From positions 2,080,001 through 2,144,000 of the forward strand of contig CAXXVS010000002.1 of assembly GCA_963674755.2 (NCBI GenBank): 64,000 bases of DNA, in the 5' to 3' direction. Below the pieces are notes generated by a model. That model did not search any database and was not told the DNA's origin. It worked only from the letters and a program-made list of their open reading frames with translations. A program made the position numbers and the translations under genes. The stretch comes from Desulfobacterales bacterium. GTDB lineage: Bacteria; Desulfobacterota; Desulfobacteria; Desulfobacterales; UBA5852. Positions 16,266 through 27,652 of this stretch are shown piece after piece (within the stretch, counting starts at the first letter, position 1; every line of letters begins with the position of its first letter).

Positions 16266-16606
16266 AATAATTTTATCGACACGGCGCTCAAACACGTGCC
16301 AGCATACCCCTCCACCCCGCCATCATTCCGGTCGCGTGCAATGGACTCTGGCAGCGAGACTCCGGTCAATCAATGAATCCACCGATCGGACGCCATGGGT
16401 TCATCTGCGTTGTGCTGATCCACGGTTTACCGGAAGCGCCAACGCTTACAGCTCGCCCAACGTGAAAAATGATGTCGCCATGCCGCAGCCGTTCACAACC
16501 ACGATGCGGCCCAAACCGCCTATCAAACGATTTTTTGCATTAAAACAAACAGTTTACTTCGTTATTCGTATTCGAAAATATTGGAGTTGTCAATGAATTT
16601 GATTGG

Positions 16607-17521
16607 TTACAGGCCTGTGGCGGCCAACTTTTCAAACAATTGCTGCTGCTCGGGGGATAATTGCTGCGGCAGTTTCACCTGCACGACAACGAACAGATCA
16701 CCGCGCCGTTCCTTGCGCATGTATGGCAGGCCGTGGCCGGCAAGTCGCATACGGGTTCCATGCCGCGTTCCCGGAGGGATCTTGACGTTCATGGCCTTGC
16801 CCTCCAGCGTCGGAACGGACAGCGTGGTGCCCAGGACCGCTTCCGTCAATTTGACATCACGGTAGACAAACACGTCATGCCCTTCCGCATTAAATCGACT
16901 GTCCGGCAGCACACGGGATCGTATATACAAATCGCCGGGCGCACCGCCCATCGGGCTGGGTGCCCCTTTGCCGGCCAAACGCAATTTCTTCCCGGCAATC
17001 ATGCCTTTGGGAATTTTGACGGTTAAACGTTCGGATTGCCCTTCATGCTGAAAATCCAGCGTCTTGCTGGTTCCCGTGGCAACTTCCTGGAGTGTCAGGG
17101 CCAGCTCGTATTCGAGGTCGTTGCCCTTGACAGGACGGCGCCCGCCGCCGCCGAAATCGAAAGGCGCCTCCCCCCGTCCGAAAGAAAAGCGCACCCCCCC
17201 CTGCTGTCCGGTCTTAAAGCCGCCGCCAAAACCGAACTCGCGGAAAATGTCGCCGAAATCGAAGTTGCGGAAGATATCCTCCTGGGAATACTGCTGGTGA
17301 AACCCTTCCGATCCGAAACGGTCATACTGGCGGCGTTTCTCCTTGTCGCTGAGAACCGCATAAGCTTCGCTGATCTGTTTAAATTTGTCCTCCGCCTGGT
17401 GATCCCCCTTGGCATGGTCCGGGTGATATTTCATGGCCATGCGGCGGTAGGCCTTCTTGATCTCTTCATCAGATGCGGTTTTCTCAACACCTAAAACCGC
17501 GTAGTAATCCTTCTCAGCCAT
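16607..17521 (-). CDS. Class II DnaJ (CbpA-like) co-chaperone
   Basis: J domain with HPD, G/F-rich region, C-terminal domain, no zinc finger. Confidence 0.92.
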   Translation of the reverse strand: MAEKDYYAVLGVEKTASDEEIKKAYRRMAMKYHPDHAKGDHQAEDKFKQISEAYAVLSDKEKRRQYDRFGSEGFHQQYSQEDIFRNFDFGDIFREFGFGGGFKTGQQGGVRFSFGRGEAPFDFGGGGRRPVKGNDLEYELALTLQEVATGTSKTLDFQHEGQSERLTVKIPKGMIAGKKLRLAGKGAPSPMGGAPGDLYIRSRVLPDSRFNAEGHDVFVYRDVKLTEAVLGTTLSVPTLEGKAMNVKIPPGTRHGTRMRLAGHGLPYMRKERRGDLFVVVQVKLPQQLSPEQQQLFEKLAATGL

Positions 17522-17834
17522 TGGCTTCCTTTCCCCTCCGGATGAATTGATGGGGACTGCCGGCAGTCGCGTTGTTCACCGGTCGCTGGGCACCTTTTTT
17601 GCCGCCGCTCACGCGCCGGATGCGGATGCCCCCGGCGGCCGGCCGGTATAATCGAGCGGTCGCAGACTGCCCCCCGATTAAAAAATGGATATCATTTTAT
17701 AACTGCTTAAAATATTACAATATTTGCCCATGTCAATGGCTTTTCGCATCATGGAGGAATAAGCTGCATACAGGCGGCCGGGGTGCTTGGTCCGGCCTAG
17801 GCTCATATGCTTCCGGAGGAGGCCCGGAAAGTGT

Positions 17835-19733
17835 TCACCGGGAGGGTGCCCGGGGTCGCGACGTTTGGGCCGAAGCCCGCAGGGTCACCATCAGGGCCGT
17901 CAGGGCGGCCGGGGTCATCCCTTCGATGCGGGAGGCCTGACCGATGGTCGTCGGGCGAACAGCGGCCAGTTTATCTTTTAGCTCGTTGGACAATCCATGC
18001 ACCTTCTGAAAATCGAAGCTGTCCGGAATGCGAACTTTTTCCATATCCTTAAGCTTTTCAGCTTCCTTTATCTGGCGTTGGATATAGCCCTCGTATTTGA
18101 CTTCGATCTCTACCTGGCGCTTGACCGGTGCGGGCAGGGGCTCCGGCGGTGGGGCCAGCGCGTCGACGGCGTCGTAAGCCAATTCGGCGCGCTTCAGCAA
18201 TTGGTCCAGGGCGACTCCGCTGCCCAAAGGCCGGGTTCCCTTTGCTTCGAGATAGGCATTGACGGCCGGGAGGGGTTTGACCACGGTCCGTTTCAGACGG
18301 CGGATTTCTTCCCGGATGGCCCGGCGTCGCGCGACAACGCCCTTGGCCGTATCCTGGTCGATCAAACCGAGTTCGTGACCGACTTCCATCAGCCGCAGGT
18401 CGGCGTTGTCTTCGCGCAGGATGAGGCGATATTCGGCGCGGGAAGTAAACATGCGATAAGGTTCTCTGGTGCCGCGAGTCACCAGATCATCCACCAGCAC
18501 GGCCATGTAGGCCTGGGAGCGATCCAGCACGAAGGGCGGCCGCCCCTGAAGGCGGCAGGCCGCATTGACACCGGCCCACAGCCCCTGGGCGGCGGCTTCC
18601 TCATAACCGGAGGTGCCGTTGATCTGACCGGCCATGTAAAGTCCGGCGATGCGCTTGGTTTCCAAGGTCGGCTTGAGTTGCAAAGGGTTGATGTAGTCAT
18701 ATTCGATAGCATAGGCCGGGCGCATGATCTCGGCCTCTTCCAGACCTTCCACGGCGTGCACAAAGGCCAGTTGAATCTCAAGGGGCAGGCTGTTTCCCAG
18801 GCCGCTGGCATAGATTTCCTCAGTATCCAACCCCTCGGGTTCCAGAATGATCTGGTGGCGGTCCTTATCCGGAAACCGCACGATCTTATCTTCGAAGGAC
18901 GGGCAGTAGCGGGCCGGAATCCCCTTGATGACACCGCTGTATAAAGCGGAAAGGTTCAGGTTCTGCCGAACGACGTCATGGGCCCGCAAGGAGGTGTAGC
19001 CGATATAACTGGGTTGTTGGGGCAAAGGGATATGATCGGTAAAAAAGGAAAAGGGATGCCGCTCGGCTTGCAATTCCTGGCATTCAAACCGTGAGAAATC
19101 GATCGTGGCCCGGTGCAGACGCGGTGGCGTGCCGGTTTTCATGCGGCCCATGGTAAAGCCGAGTTCCCGCAGGTTGGCGGGCAGGGCATAACTGGCAAAT
19201 TCCCCGGCGCGACCGGCCTTGATGGAACGATCGCCGATGTGGACCAAACCGCTGAAAAACGTTCCGGTGGCCAGGATGACCGCCCGACAGCCATGGCTGA
19301 AGCCGGTATGATCGACCACCCCCACGACGCGGCCGTCCTCCACCACCAGCTCTTCGATCAGGGCCTGTTTGAGGTCCAGTCCGGGGGTGTTCTCCAGCAC
19401 CTGTTTCATGGCCGTGTGGTAGCGTAACTTGTCGTTTTGGGTGCGGGTGGAGTGGACCGCCGGTCCCTTTTTGGTGTTCAGGGTGCGGTATTGGATGGCC
19501 GTCTGGTCGGTGATGCGGGCCATCTGACCGCCCAGGGCATCGATCTCCTTGACCAGCTGCCCCTTGGCCATGCCGCCGATGGAGGGACTGCAAGGCATGG
19601 CCGCCACCTTGTCCAGATCGATGACCGCCAAGAGCACCCGGCATCCCATGCGCACCGCCGCCAGGGCCGCTTCGCAACCGGCATGCCCGGCCCCGATGAC
19701 GACGATATCATACGTTCGCAGGAAGGATTTCAT
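17835..19733 (-). CDS. mnmG: tRNA uridine 5-carboxymethylaminomethyl modification enzyme
   Basis: [53 protein letters not shown]. Confidence 0.98.
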   Translation of the reverse strand: MKSFLRTYDIVVIGAGHAGCEAALAAVRMGCRVLLAVIDLDKVAAMPCSPSIGGMAKGQLVKEIDALGGQMARITDQTAIQYRTLNTKKGPAVHSTRTQNDKLRYHTAMKQVLENTPGLDLKQALIEELVVEDGRVVGVVDHTGFSHGCRAVILATGTFFSGLVHIGDRSIKAGRAGEFASYALPANLRELGFTMGRMKTGTPPRLHRATIDFSRFECQELQAERHPFSFFTDHIPLPQQPSYIGYTSLRAHDVVRQNLNLSALYSGVIKGIPARYCPSFEDKIVRFPDKDRHQIILEPEGLDTEEIYASGLGNSLPLEIQLAFVHAVEGLEEAEIMRPAYAIEYDYINPLQLKPTLETKRIAGLYMAGQINGTSGYEEAAAQGLWAGVNAACRLQGRPPFVLDRSQAYMAVLVDDLVTRGTREPYRMFTSRAEYRLILREDNADLRLMEVGHELGLIDQDTAKGVVARRRAIREEIRRLKRTVVKPLPAVNAYLEAKGTRPLGSGVALDQLLKRAELAYDAVDALAPPPEPLPAPVKRQVEIEVKYEGYIQRQIKEAEKLKDMEKVRIPDSFDFQKVHGLSNELKDKLAAVRPTTIGQASRIEGMTPAALTALMVTLRASAQTSRPRAPSR

Positions 19734-19891
19734 AGCATTTCAGCGTTCCGCCAAGGATTTTCTTTTGATATAATGCGCTTCACAGGTTATGGCACGACAT
19801 CGTGCCGCCGCGTGAACACCGTCCGGGGTGTGATACGTGGCAGTGATATAGTATCGCCAAGCCGACCGGGTCAAGAACGGGCCGCTAATCC

Positions 19892-20812
19892 ATGGAAACC
19901 CCTTATCGTGATCTCAACCGCTATTTTCGGAAACGCTTCGGCCAGCGGGTCCACAAGCTTACGGTGGATGCGGGCCTGACCTGCCCCAACCGGGATGGAA
20001 CCCTTTCCACACGCGGCTGTATCTATTGCAATGCACAGGGCTCCGGAACGGGTGCCTTTAGCAAAGGGCTTTCCATCCGCGAGCAGCTGGAGCAGAGTAA
20101 AAGCGCTGTGGCCCGACGGTTCAAGGCGCACAAATTTATCGCCTATTTTCAATCTTTCAGCAACACCCACGGCCCGGTCGCAAAACTGGCGCGCCTCTAT
20201 GAGGAGGCCCTCGCCGTCGAGGATGTGGTGGGACTGTCCATTGGCACCCGCCCGGATTGTGTCGGCGATGACGTCCTGGACCTGCTGGCGGGCTATCGCC
20301 GGCAGTATCTAATCTGGCTGGAATACGGCCTGCAGTCTGCCTGCGACCGGACCCTGCGTCAGATCAACCGCGGCCACGACGCGGCCTGTTTCAGCGACGC
20401 CCTGCGTCGCACCCGCCAAAGGGGGCTGCCGGTCTGCGCCCACGTCATCCTGGGACTGCCCGGTGAAAGCCGCCAGGATATGCTGGCCACCGCCCGGTTT
20501 CTGGCCGAACGACGCATTGAGGGGGTCAAACTCCATCTGCTGTATGTTATCCGGGGCACGCCTTTGGAAAAGCGCTATCGGCAAGGCCGGGTCCAGTGCC
20601 TCCAACCGGAGGAATATGCCGGCCTGGTGTGTGATTTCATCGAACGTCTCCCGCCGGAAACCGTCATCCAGCGCGTTACCGGCGACCCCCACCCCGATGA
20701 GCTGGTGGCGCCCAGCTGGGCGCTGCGCAAACGTGAGACCCTGGAGCGCATCCAGCGTCTCTTCCGACAGCGCGGCAGCCGTCAGGGGGATCGTTTCCGT
20801 TCTGCTTCCTGA
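19892..20812 (+). CDS. TIGR01212 / YhcC-family radical SAM protein
   Basis: TCPNRDG...GCIYC, YFQSFSNT, IGTRPDC, INRGH. Confidence 0.92.
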   Translation: METPYRDLNRYFRKRFGQRVHKLTVDAGLTCPNRDGTLSTRGCIYCNAQGSGTGAFSKGLSIREQLEQSKSAVARRFKAHKFIAYFQSFSNTHGPVAKLARLYEEALAVEDVVGLSIGTRPDCVGDDVLDLLAGYRRQYLIWLEYGLQSACDRTLRQINRGHDAACFSDALRRTRQRGLPVCAHVILGLPGESRQDMLATARFLAERRIEGVKLHLLYVIRGTPLEKRYRQGRVQCLQPEEYAGLVCDFIERLPPETVIQRVTGDPHPDELVAPSWALRKRETLERIQRLFRQRGSRQGDRFRSAS

Positions 20813-20992
20813 CGCTTGGCGCGGGCTGCCTTAGTTCCCCCGCCAAACGATAGCCTGATCCCAACACCCCAGGGGGGTCTCTTGTGGGATCCCTTCGAAT
20901 CGGGTATACAAGCCCCCGCAAGCATGTCGGTCTGGAGCGGGCAGACCTTCGCCCCTTGCCGCTTTTGTTTGACGATCACCGGAACCAAAACC

Positions 20993-23900
20993 ATGACGCA
21001 TTCGCCCTTTCGTGCCCACCACCAACGGGATGTCTTTGACCTGTCGTTTAAAGTCTTCCACGAGCTGATGGCGCGCAAGGTCAACCATATCCTGCTGGTG
21101 TCCAGCCCCTATGAGGCCTTTATCATGGAGGAGGAGGGACGCCTGGCCCAGCGCATCATCCAGGAATACCGCGGCCTCAACCTGTCGCGGCCGCCCCACC
21201 TGACCTGGGTTTCCACCGCCCGGCAGGCTCTGGAGGAATTGTCCCGCAAATCCTTTGACATGGTCATCACCATGCCGCGCATCGGTGATCTCCCGGCTCA
21301 CGAACTCGGGCGCCGGATCAAAAAAGACCACCGCCGGATCCCCGTCTTCCTGCTGACCCCCGACCCCAACTGGATGCGTCTCGACCCCCAGTGCTTCAAC
21401 GAGGACTGCATCAACCGCGTTTTCATCTGGAGCGGCAATGCCGATCTTCTCCTGGCCATTATCAAAAGCGTTGAAGACGCCATGAACGTGGCCTACGATA
21501 CGGAACGGGCCCGGGTGCGCGTCATCATCCTGGTGGAGGATTCGCCGCTCTATTTTTCGGCCTTGCTGCCCCTGCTGTATAAGGAAATCGTCTCCCAAAC
21601 CCAGGCGGTCATGGAAGAATCCCTCAACGAAGAGCATCGCTTTTTTCGGATGCGGGCCCGCCCCAAGATTCTCATGGCCAGCACCTACGAAGAGGCACTC
21701 AAGCTTTACCGCACCTTCCAGCCCTATCTGCTGGGGGTTCTTTCGGATGTACGGTTTCCGCGTCAAGGCCGGCTCGATCCGGATGCCGGCTACGCCCTGC
21801 TGCGGTTGATCAAAGACGAAACACCCGATGTGCCCCTCTTGAATTTCAGCTCCGAGGAGTCCAACCGTGAAAGGGCTTCCCACATTCCGGCCGTTTTTCT
21901 GAATAAGAACTCGCCGATTCTGCACGAGGGGATCCGGCGTTTTTTTCAGGAGCACCTGGGGTTCGGTGATTTCGTATTCCGCCTGCCGGACGGCTGCGAG
22001 GTCGGACGGGCCGCCAATCTTCGGCAGCTGGAAGCCATTCTGCCCGACATTCCCCAGGAATCGATTCTCTACCATGCCCGCCGCAATCATTTTTCCGGCT
22101 GGCTCATGGCGCGCTCGGAAATTCTGCTGGCCTACCGTCTGCGCCCGGTCAAAGTATCGGATTTCGCCACCACCGAAGAATTAAAGGAATATTTGGTGGA
22201 TTGCCTGAAGGAGCGTCGCCGGGGGCGGCAGCGTGGTGTCGTCACAGATTTCGATCCCGACAATTACGATCCTGAAGCCGATTTCGTCAAAGTCGGGCGG
22301 GGGTCCCTGGGGGGCAAGGCGCGCGGGCTGGCCTTCATGGCCAGTCAAATTCGCGCCCTGGGACATCTGGACGAACGCTACCCCGAGGTGACCATCGAGG
22401 TGCCCAAAACGATCGTGATCTCCACGGAAGCGTTCGACACCTTCATCCATCAGAACCAGTTGCGGGACATGGCCTCAAGCGATCAGGAGGATGCCCGGAT
22501 CATCGATGTCTTTCTGAAAAGCCACCTGCCCGACAGCCTCGAAAACGCCATCAGCCTCTTTATCGAACAGGCCCAGCACCCCCTGGCCGTACGCTCATCC
22601 AGCCTGCTGGAGGATGCCCAGCACCAACCCTTCAGTGGTCTTTACCAGACCCTCATCCTGCCGAACTGCCATCCTGACATCGAAGTACGCCGCCGTCAGA
22701 TGGTGCGCGCCGTAAAGCTGGTTTACGCATCAACTTACCTCAAACGCGCCCGCACCTACGCCCGCAGCACCGGGCATCGCCTGGAACAGGAGCAGATGGC
22801 GGTGCTGGTCCAAAAGCTGACCGGTGCCGAGCATAACGGCCTGTTCTACCCGGCCATTACCGGGCAGGCCAGTTCCTTCAATTTTTATCCGGTGGCACGC
22901 ATGAAGGCCGAGGAAGGCATCGCCCTGATCTGTCTCGGCTTCTCTTCCTCGGAGGAGATCAAACGCCGGGCCCTGCGATTTTGTCCGTCCCACCCGGAGC
23001 TGTTGCCCCAGTTCTCCACCGTCGAGGATATCCTTAAAAACGCCCAGCGGTCTTTTTTTGCCATCGACATGCCGACCGCCCGTCGTCTGGTGGATGCGGA
23101 TACACGCGCCGTTCTCGTGCGCCGTGATATTGACGACTGCCGCAACGACGCGCCCATCGAAGCCATGTGCAGCACCTATATCCCCGCCGAAAACCGTATA
23201 CGGGATTCCCTGACGCCCCGGGGATATCCGGTACTCACCTTTGCCCCGCTTCTCAAACACCGCCGCTTTCCCTTGGCGGACATTCTGGCCGACCTCCTGG
23301 CCGCCTGCCAGGAGGGCATGGGCGGGCCGGTTGAAATCGAATTCAGTGTCAATCTGACCGGCGCGGCCGATACACCGAATGAATTTCACCTGCTGCAAGT
23401 TCGCCCCATGCCCCAATTCGATTTGCAGGCCCGCCCGATGCTATCCGATTCCCAGAAGGCCCACGCCGTCTGCTATTCACGTCTGGCCTTAGGCAACGGC
23501 CACTATGACGACATGGCGGACATCGTTCTGGTGGATCCGGAAACCTTCGATCCCGCCCGCACGATCGATATTGCCGCTGAGATCGGCCGTCTCAATGCCG
23601 AATTGCAGCAGGCCCAAAAACGCTATCTCCTGATCGGTCCGGGGCGCTGGGGATCAGCCGACCGCTGGCTGGGCATACCGGTCGCCTGGCAGGATATATC
23701 GGGGGTCGGCGCCATCATCGAAACGTCACACCCGGCATTGCAGGCCGATTCCTCCCAGGGATCCCACTTTTTTCAGAATCTGACGTCCTCCGGCATCTGC
23801 TATCTGACCCTCCAGAACAGTTCCGACGGGTTCTTGCGCTGGGACTGGCTGGCGCGGCAGACCCCCCGGGCGCATACCGCCTATTTGAAGCACATCCGAC

Positions 23901-24004
23901 TCGCCTATCCAGTGCAGCTCTATGTGGATGGCAAATCTTCGGAGGGCTTCGTTTTGGATCCCCAGGAAAGCCGGCCGGAGGCTGAAGGCTCGGCCGCCCC
24001 ATAG
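20993..24004 (+). CDS. Receiver-like domains fused to a PEP synthase/PPDK N-terminal (ATP-grasp) domain
   Basis: ILLVSS.Y / ILVEDSP receiver-like segments, GSLGGKARGLAF, AVRSSSLLED, LLQVRP, GPGRWGS, SQGSHFFQN. Confidence 0.85.
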   Translation: MTHSPFRAHHQRDVFDLSFKVFHELMARKVNHILLVSSPYEAFIMEEEGRLAQRIIQEYRGLNLSRPPHLTWVSTARQALEELSRKSFDMVITMPRIGDLPAHELGRRIKKDHRRIPVFLLTPDPNWMRLDPQCFNEDCINRVFIWSGNADLLLAIIKSVEDAMNVAYDTERARVRVIILVEDSPLYFSALLPLLYKEIVSQTQAVMEESLNEEHRFFRMRARPKILMASTYEEALKLYRTFQPYLLGVLSDVRFPRQGRLDPDAGYALLRLIKDETPDVPLLNFSSEESNRERASHIPAVFLNKNSPILHEGIRRFFQEHLGFGDFVFRLPDGCEVGRAANLRQLEAILPDIPQESILYHARRNHFSGWLMARSEILLAYRLRPVKVSDFATTEELKEYLVDCLKERRRGRQRGVVTDFDPDNYDPEADFVKVGRGSLGGKARGLAFMASQIRALGHLDERYPEVTIEVPKTIVISTEAFDTFIHQNQLRDMASSDQEDARIIDVFLKSHLPDSLENAISLFIEQAQHPLAVRSSSLLEDAQHQPFSGLYQTLILPNCHPDIEVRRRQMVRAVKLVYASTYLKRARTYARSTGHRLEQEQMAVLVQKLTGAEHNGLFYPAITGQASSFNFYPVARMKAEEGIALICLGFSSSEEIKRRALRFCPSHPELLPQFSTVEDILKNAQRSFFAIDMPTARRLVDADTRAVLVRRDIDDCRNDAPIEAMCSTYIPAENRIRDSLTPRGYPVLTFAPLLKHRRFPLADILADLLAACQEGMGGPVEIEFSVNLTGAADTPNEFHLLQVRPMPQFDLQARPMLSDSQKAHAVCYSRLALGNGHYDDMADIVLVDPETFDPARTIDIAAEIGRLNAELQQAQKRYLLIGPGRWGSADRWLGIPVAWQDISGVGAIIETSHPALQADSSQGSHFFQNLTSSGICYLTLQNSSDGFLRWDWLARQTPRAHTAYLKHIRLAYPVQLYVDGKSSEGFVLDPQESRPEAEGSAAP

Positions 24005-24041
24005 GCCGCCCACTTCCCTGCCGGAAAGGAATCGCGCCCTC

Positions 24042-24950
24042 ATGGCCGTCGTTTCACGCCCTCGTCTTCCCTCCCTTGCCAAGCTGCTGATCAGCGTCAT
24101 GGCGCTGGGCCTGATCTTTGGTCTGTATCGCCTGATCCTCCATCAAAACGTCGCCCGGCATGTGCAACTTCTGGCCCGATCCATACCCAACTGCACCGGA
24201 ATACGCTACGGCAGGCTCAAGATCCCTTTCTTTTCATTTCAGGCTCACCTCCACAGGGTTCGACTCGATTTTGCGAACGGCATCGCGCCCATCACCATCG
24301 ATGCGATTCATATCCGCCGTTTCCGCCCCGGCGACCGGCTGCCCCGGATACTGGACGTTGCTGTGGAGGGGGTCGTCGCCCCCTCCGGGCATCCCCTGGT
24401 GCCCTTTGGACACAGGCTGCGGGAGTTGGGCTATCCCGTGGTGCGCGGCGATCTGCATATCCAATGGACGCGCCGCGGAACGACCCTGGACGCCTGGGAT
24501 CTGGATCTGGCGTTCAAGATGGCCGAAGCCGGCGACATGGCCCTGGCCTTGAACCTTGCCAAAGTGAATCTAGAGGGGGTCTTTCTGGCCCTGCAAAAAC
24601 CGGTCAACTGGCTGATGGTCTTGCCCTCTATGGAATTGATGGCGTTCCGCGGCAGTTATCGGGATAGGGGGGTGTTCGAACGGGCTGTCAGGGTGGCCGC
24701 CCGTGACCGGGGCCAAACGCCCCAAGCCTTGCGTGCGGCATTGCAGCATCAATTGCAGATAGAGGAGCAAAACGAAAAAGATCCCCACCTGCGGTCGGTC
24801 TGGCAGGCGCTGGACGCCTTTGTCCGCCATCCCGGCCGTATCCGTCTGCGCACGAACCTGGCAGGCCCCATCCCCCTGGGGCAGTTGTGGTGGCTGCGCC
24901 GGCCGCGGGACGTTATCCAGCGGCTGGGTCTTGAATGTCGCGTGGGATAA
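24042..24950 (+). CDS. Hypothetical membrane-anchored protein
   Basis: AAGGA SD, N-terminal TM helix, long ORF following the previous gene. Confidence 0.65.
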   Translation: MAVVSRPRLPSLAKLLISVMALGLIFGLYRLILHQNVARHVQLLARSIPNCTGIRYGRLKIPFFSFQAHLHRVRLDFANGIAPITIDAIHIRRFRPGDRLPRILDVAVEGVVAPSGHPLVPFGHRLRELGYPVVRGDLHIQWTRRGTTLDAWDLDLAFKMAEAGDMALALNLAKVNLEGVFLALQKPVNWLMVLPSMELMAFRGSYRDRGVFERAVRVAARDRGQTPQALRAALQHQLQIEEQNEKDPHLRSVWQALDAFVRHPGRIRLRTNLAGPIPLGQLWWLRRPRDVIQRLGLECRVG

Positions 24951-25007
24951 TGGCGGCCGCGGCCGCTCTGCACCGCGGCGCCTAGTCTGCTTGCCCGGGG
25001 CGGGGGC

Positions 25008-27002
25008 TCAATTCCAGTCCACCCCCGCGTGCTTCAGATAGTCCCGGGCGTCTTTATTTCCCAGAAAACCGGCTTCCATGAAATCTTTCATGGCCAACGC
25101 TTCTTCGCCGGCCAGGAGGTAAACCCGCCCCCGCCCGTAAAAATAGGCGCCGTTGGTGGGATCCCGATCAATGGCCTGGGAAATCGCCTTGACGGCCGCC
25201 TCAAACCGCCCCATTTCGCCATAGGCCACCCCGAGCTGGAAGTAAGCCTCGGCCCTCTCCGGCGCCAGATCGATGGCTTTTTGATAGCAGCGTGCCGCTG
25301 CCTTGTAATTGCCGTAAGCGGCCAACAGACCGCCGCGGTCCATCCAATAGGCTGGCGTGTTTTTGATGTCCGGCGAGGGTTTCTCAGTATGAGGCGGTTC
25401 GGATACCGTTCGAGGGTTCATCTCTCCGGCCATTGTTTTGGCCTGGGTCTCTGTCATGCGGCTTGAAAGGGCGGCCATAAGACCGATCATCTGCTGAAGG
25501 TCCTGCACCCCAACCTGGGTGCGGGTGGTCAGGGTACCGCTCTGCATCTCGGCCTGCATGGTCAAGGTTCCGATGTCCGCCGGAATGGCGACAGTCTGCC
25601 CCGCATCCGGCATGAAACTCTGCAGGCCGCGCAGGTAGGCCCCCAAATCCATGGAGAATTCGCCCAGGGGCCCCTGGGCGGGACCCTTTTGCAAACCGGT
25701 GACTTGAGAAATCATCTTGGTTATCGTCGCATCGCTGGAGGCCATCAGAATCAGGCCGTCCACCGTGGTCATGCGCGTCTGGTAGTCCTGCAGAGCGCCC
25801 ATGGCCGGCATCTGAGCGCCGGCAGGATTCATGGCGGGAAAACGCGTCCGGACCCCGATGACCTTGTGGCCGGCAATGGTGGTGTCCGGCATCCGTTCGT
25901 ACAGGGGCGTTACCGTTTGACCGGTCTGTTTCTCCATCATGGCGGCCATGCGTTGATTGTATTTTTCGAACCAGGGCAGGTAAACCCGGTCCAGATAGTC
26001 GTTCGCGTCCACCGTATCATGCAGGGCGTAAATCATCTCGAAGCGCATCTGGCCCTGATCCATGTCCAGGCCGCCGACCATCTCGCCGGTCAACCCCTTG
26101 GCAATCTGGGCCAACTCGTCGAAATCAAATCCCATTTTTCGATAAAATTGTCCGAAGGTGGCCCCCAGCATCTGCATGGCCCCGGCCACATTGTAGGATC
26201 GCGCACGAAAATGCATGGGATAATCCGGACGATAGCCGTCCAGACGCTCATCCGCCTGCTGGTCGGTCAATACCCCTGCCAGATAAGACTCCGGCATGGC
26301 CTGCACGTCCAACAGCAACAGCAGGTTCCGTGGGTCGAGATTCAGGCCGAAACGCAGGGTTTGCACCTGTTTGAACGTCGCGACGAGATCGCGCACCAAC
26401 CGTTGGGTTTCTTCCTGTGTCAGGGGAGCTTCCCCACTGCCAGGGGTACCGGCAGCCATGTTCTGGAGGGCCGCCTCGATTTGCGCTTCGGATTGCAGCA
26501 AAACATCGTGTGCTGCCAACTCGACAACGATATTGGCCTCTGATCCGCGTTGGGATACCGCGCGCAAATGCTCACCCAATGCATCCGGCAGAGGCGCATC
26601 CGGCGCCGGCGGAAAGCGCAGCAGGTAGTAATCCTCTCCAGCTATGGCGCCATAGGTTTCCTGGAAGGCGTCATTCGGTTTCTGGAAAGGCAAAAAGACC
26701 AGCCAGGATGACATCTGGCCGTCATAGACCATGCCTGCCACCACCGGGCGCGCGGGATCGATCCAATCCGTGCCCTGCAACAGGCCCTTGATCATCGCGG
26801 TCTGGGAAGATGGATTGGCCTCCGTATTGGCCGGCATCAAAGATTCCAGATCTTGCAGCAGACGGTCAATATCGCGGATCTTGATCGTCACGACCGGCGC
26901 GGCGGCGGCAATCGTCTGCCCCTGAACCGGCAGCGCCGCCGCCACAATAAACACCATCATCCATATACCGAGCGCCAATGCCATGCATCGTCTGGTCCAC
27001 AT
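25008..27002 (-). CDS. Exported protein with C-terminal TPR repeats
   Basis: Signal peptide; TPR consensus AYFQLGVAY, YFYGRGRVY. Confidence 0.8.
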   Translation of the reverse strand: MWTRRCMALALGIWMMVFIVAAALPVQGQTIAAAAPVVTIKIRDIDRLLQDLESLMPANTEANPSSQTAMIKGLLQGTDWIDPARPVVAGMVYDGQMSSWLVFLPFQKPNDAFQETYGAIAGEDYYLLRFPPAPDAPLPDALGEHLRAVSQRGSEANIVVELAAHDVLLQSEAQIEAALQNMAAGTPGSGEAPLTQEETQRLVRDLVATFKQVQTLRFGLNLDPRNLLLLLDVQAMPESYLAGVLTDQQADERLDGYRPDYPMHFRARSYNVAGAMQMLGATFGQFYRKMGFDFDELAQIAKGLTGEMVGGLDMDQGQMRFEMIYALHDTVDANDYLDRVYLPWFEKYNQRMAAMMEKQTGQTVTPLYERMPDTTIAGHKVIGVRTRFPAMNPAGAQMPAMGALQDYQTRMTTVDGLILMASSDATITKMISQVTGLQKGPAQGPLGEFSMDLGAYLRGLQSFMPDAGQTVAIPADIGTLTMQAEMQSGTLTTRTQVGVQDLQQMIGLMAALSSRMTETQAKTMAGEMNPRTVSEPPHTEKPSPDIKNTPAYWMDRGGLLAAYGNYKAAARCYQKAIDLAPERAEAYFQLGVAYGEMGRFEAAVKAISQAIDRDPTNGAYFYGRGRVYLLAGEEALAMKDFMEAGFLGNKDARDYLKHAGVDWN

Positions 27003-27295
27003 AAGGATCGATCTCCCATGAGCTGAAATTGAAATAAAGTCCGCGCCTTCGCCTTGGCATTGATCCATCGCTGCCGTTGGCGAACATCCTTATAGATGAA
27101 CGTGATTATATCATCATCCCCACGGCATAGGCAAACCGCGTGGGTCCCGCCCGGGAAAGACCCGGCACCGCTCGTCGCAGGTACAGGACTTGATCATTTC
27201 AGGGGAATTCATTATCTATAGGCGCATTGTGACGATCGCGTTTGGGACTTTGGGGAAAAGCTGTTCGTTAGAACATTATGAAAGGGGGACCGCCC

Positions 27296-27628
27296 ATGGC
27301 GGTTGAAAACGATCTCGTTCTCATTCATCACGAAGACCAGCCCGTGATATTTGCACGCATCGAGGAAATTTTGCCGGATGCCAAGCCGGACTGGTATCAT
27401 GTCAAACTGCTGCTGCTGCAAGTTCCGCCCCAGGTGGTCACCTGGATTCTGCGGGATATTTATATCGACGGCCAGGAGTTCACCATGAACGGCCAGCGCA
27501 TGCGCCTGGAGAAGGTGATCTCTCCGGTGGAAAGCGTCAAGACGCCGGAAACTGACGCGCCACCGTCTTCGCCGCCACCGTCGGGGAGCGGCCGGGTCAT
27601 CTCCCTCTCAGATTTGAAAAAGAAATAG
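27296..27628 (+). CDS. Conserved hypothetical protein
   Basis: GGGGG SD; FARIEEI.PD.KPDWY..KLLLLQVP...WILR; compact globular ORF. Confidence 0.75.
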   Translation: MAVENDLVLIHHEDQPVIFARIEEILPDAKPDWYHVKLLLLQVPPQVVTWILRDIYIDGQEFTMNGQRMRLEKVISPVESVKTPETDAPPSSPPPSGSGRVISLSDLKKK

Positions 27629-27652
27629 AATGCCGCGGGATCATCCGGCGTC

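Noticed and set aside
27125..27185. GGCAAAC...GAAA as a c-di-GMP-I riboswitch
   Set aside because: The GACGCAAAG core and P2 geometry are missing.
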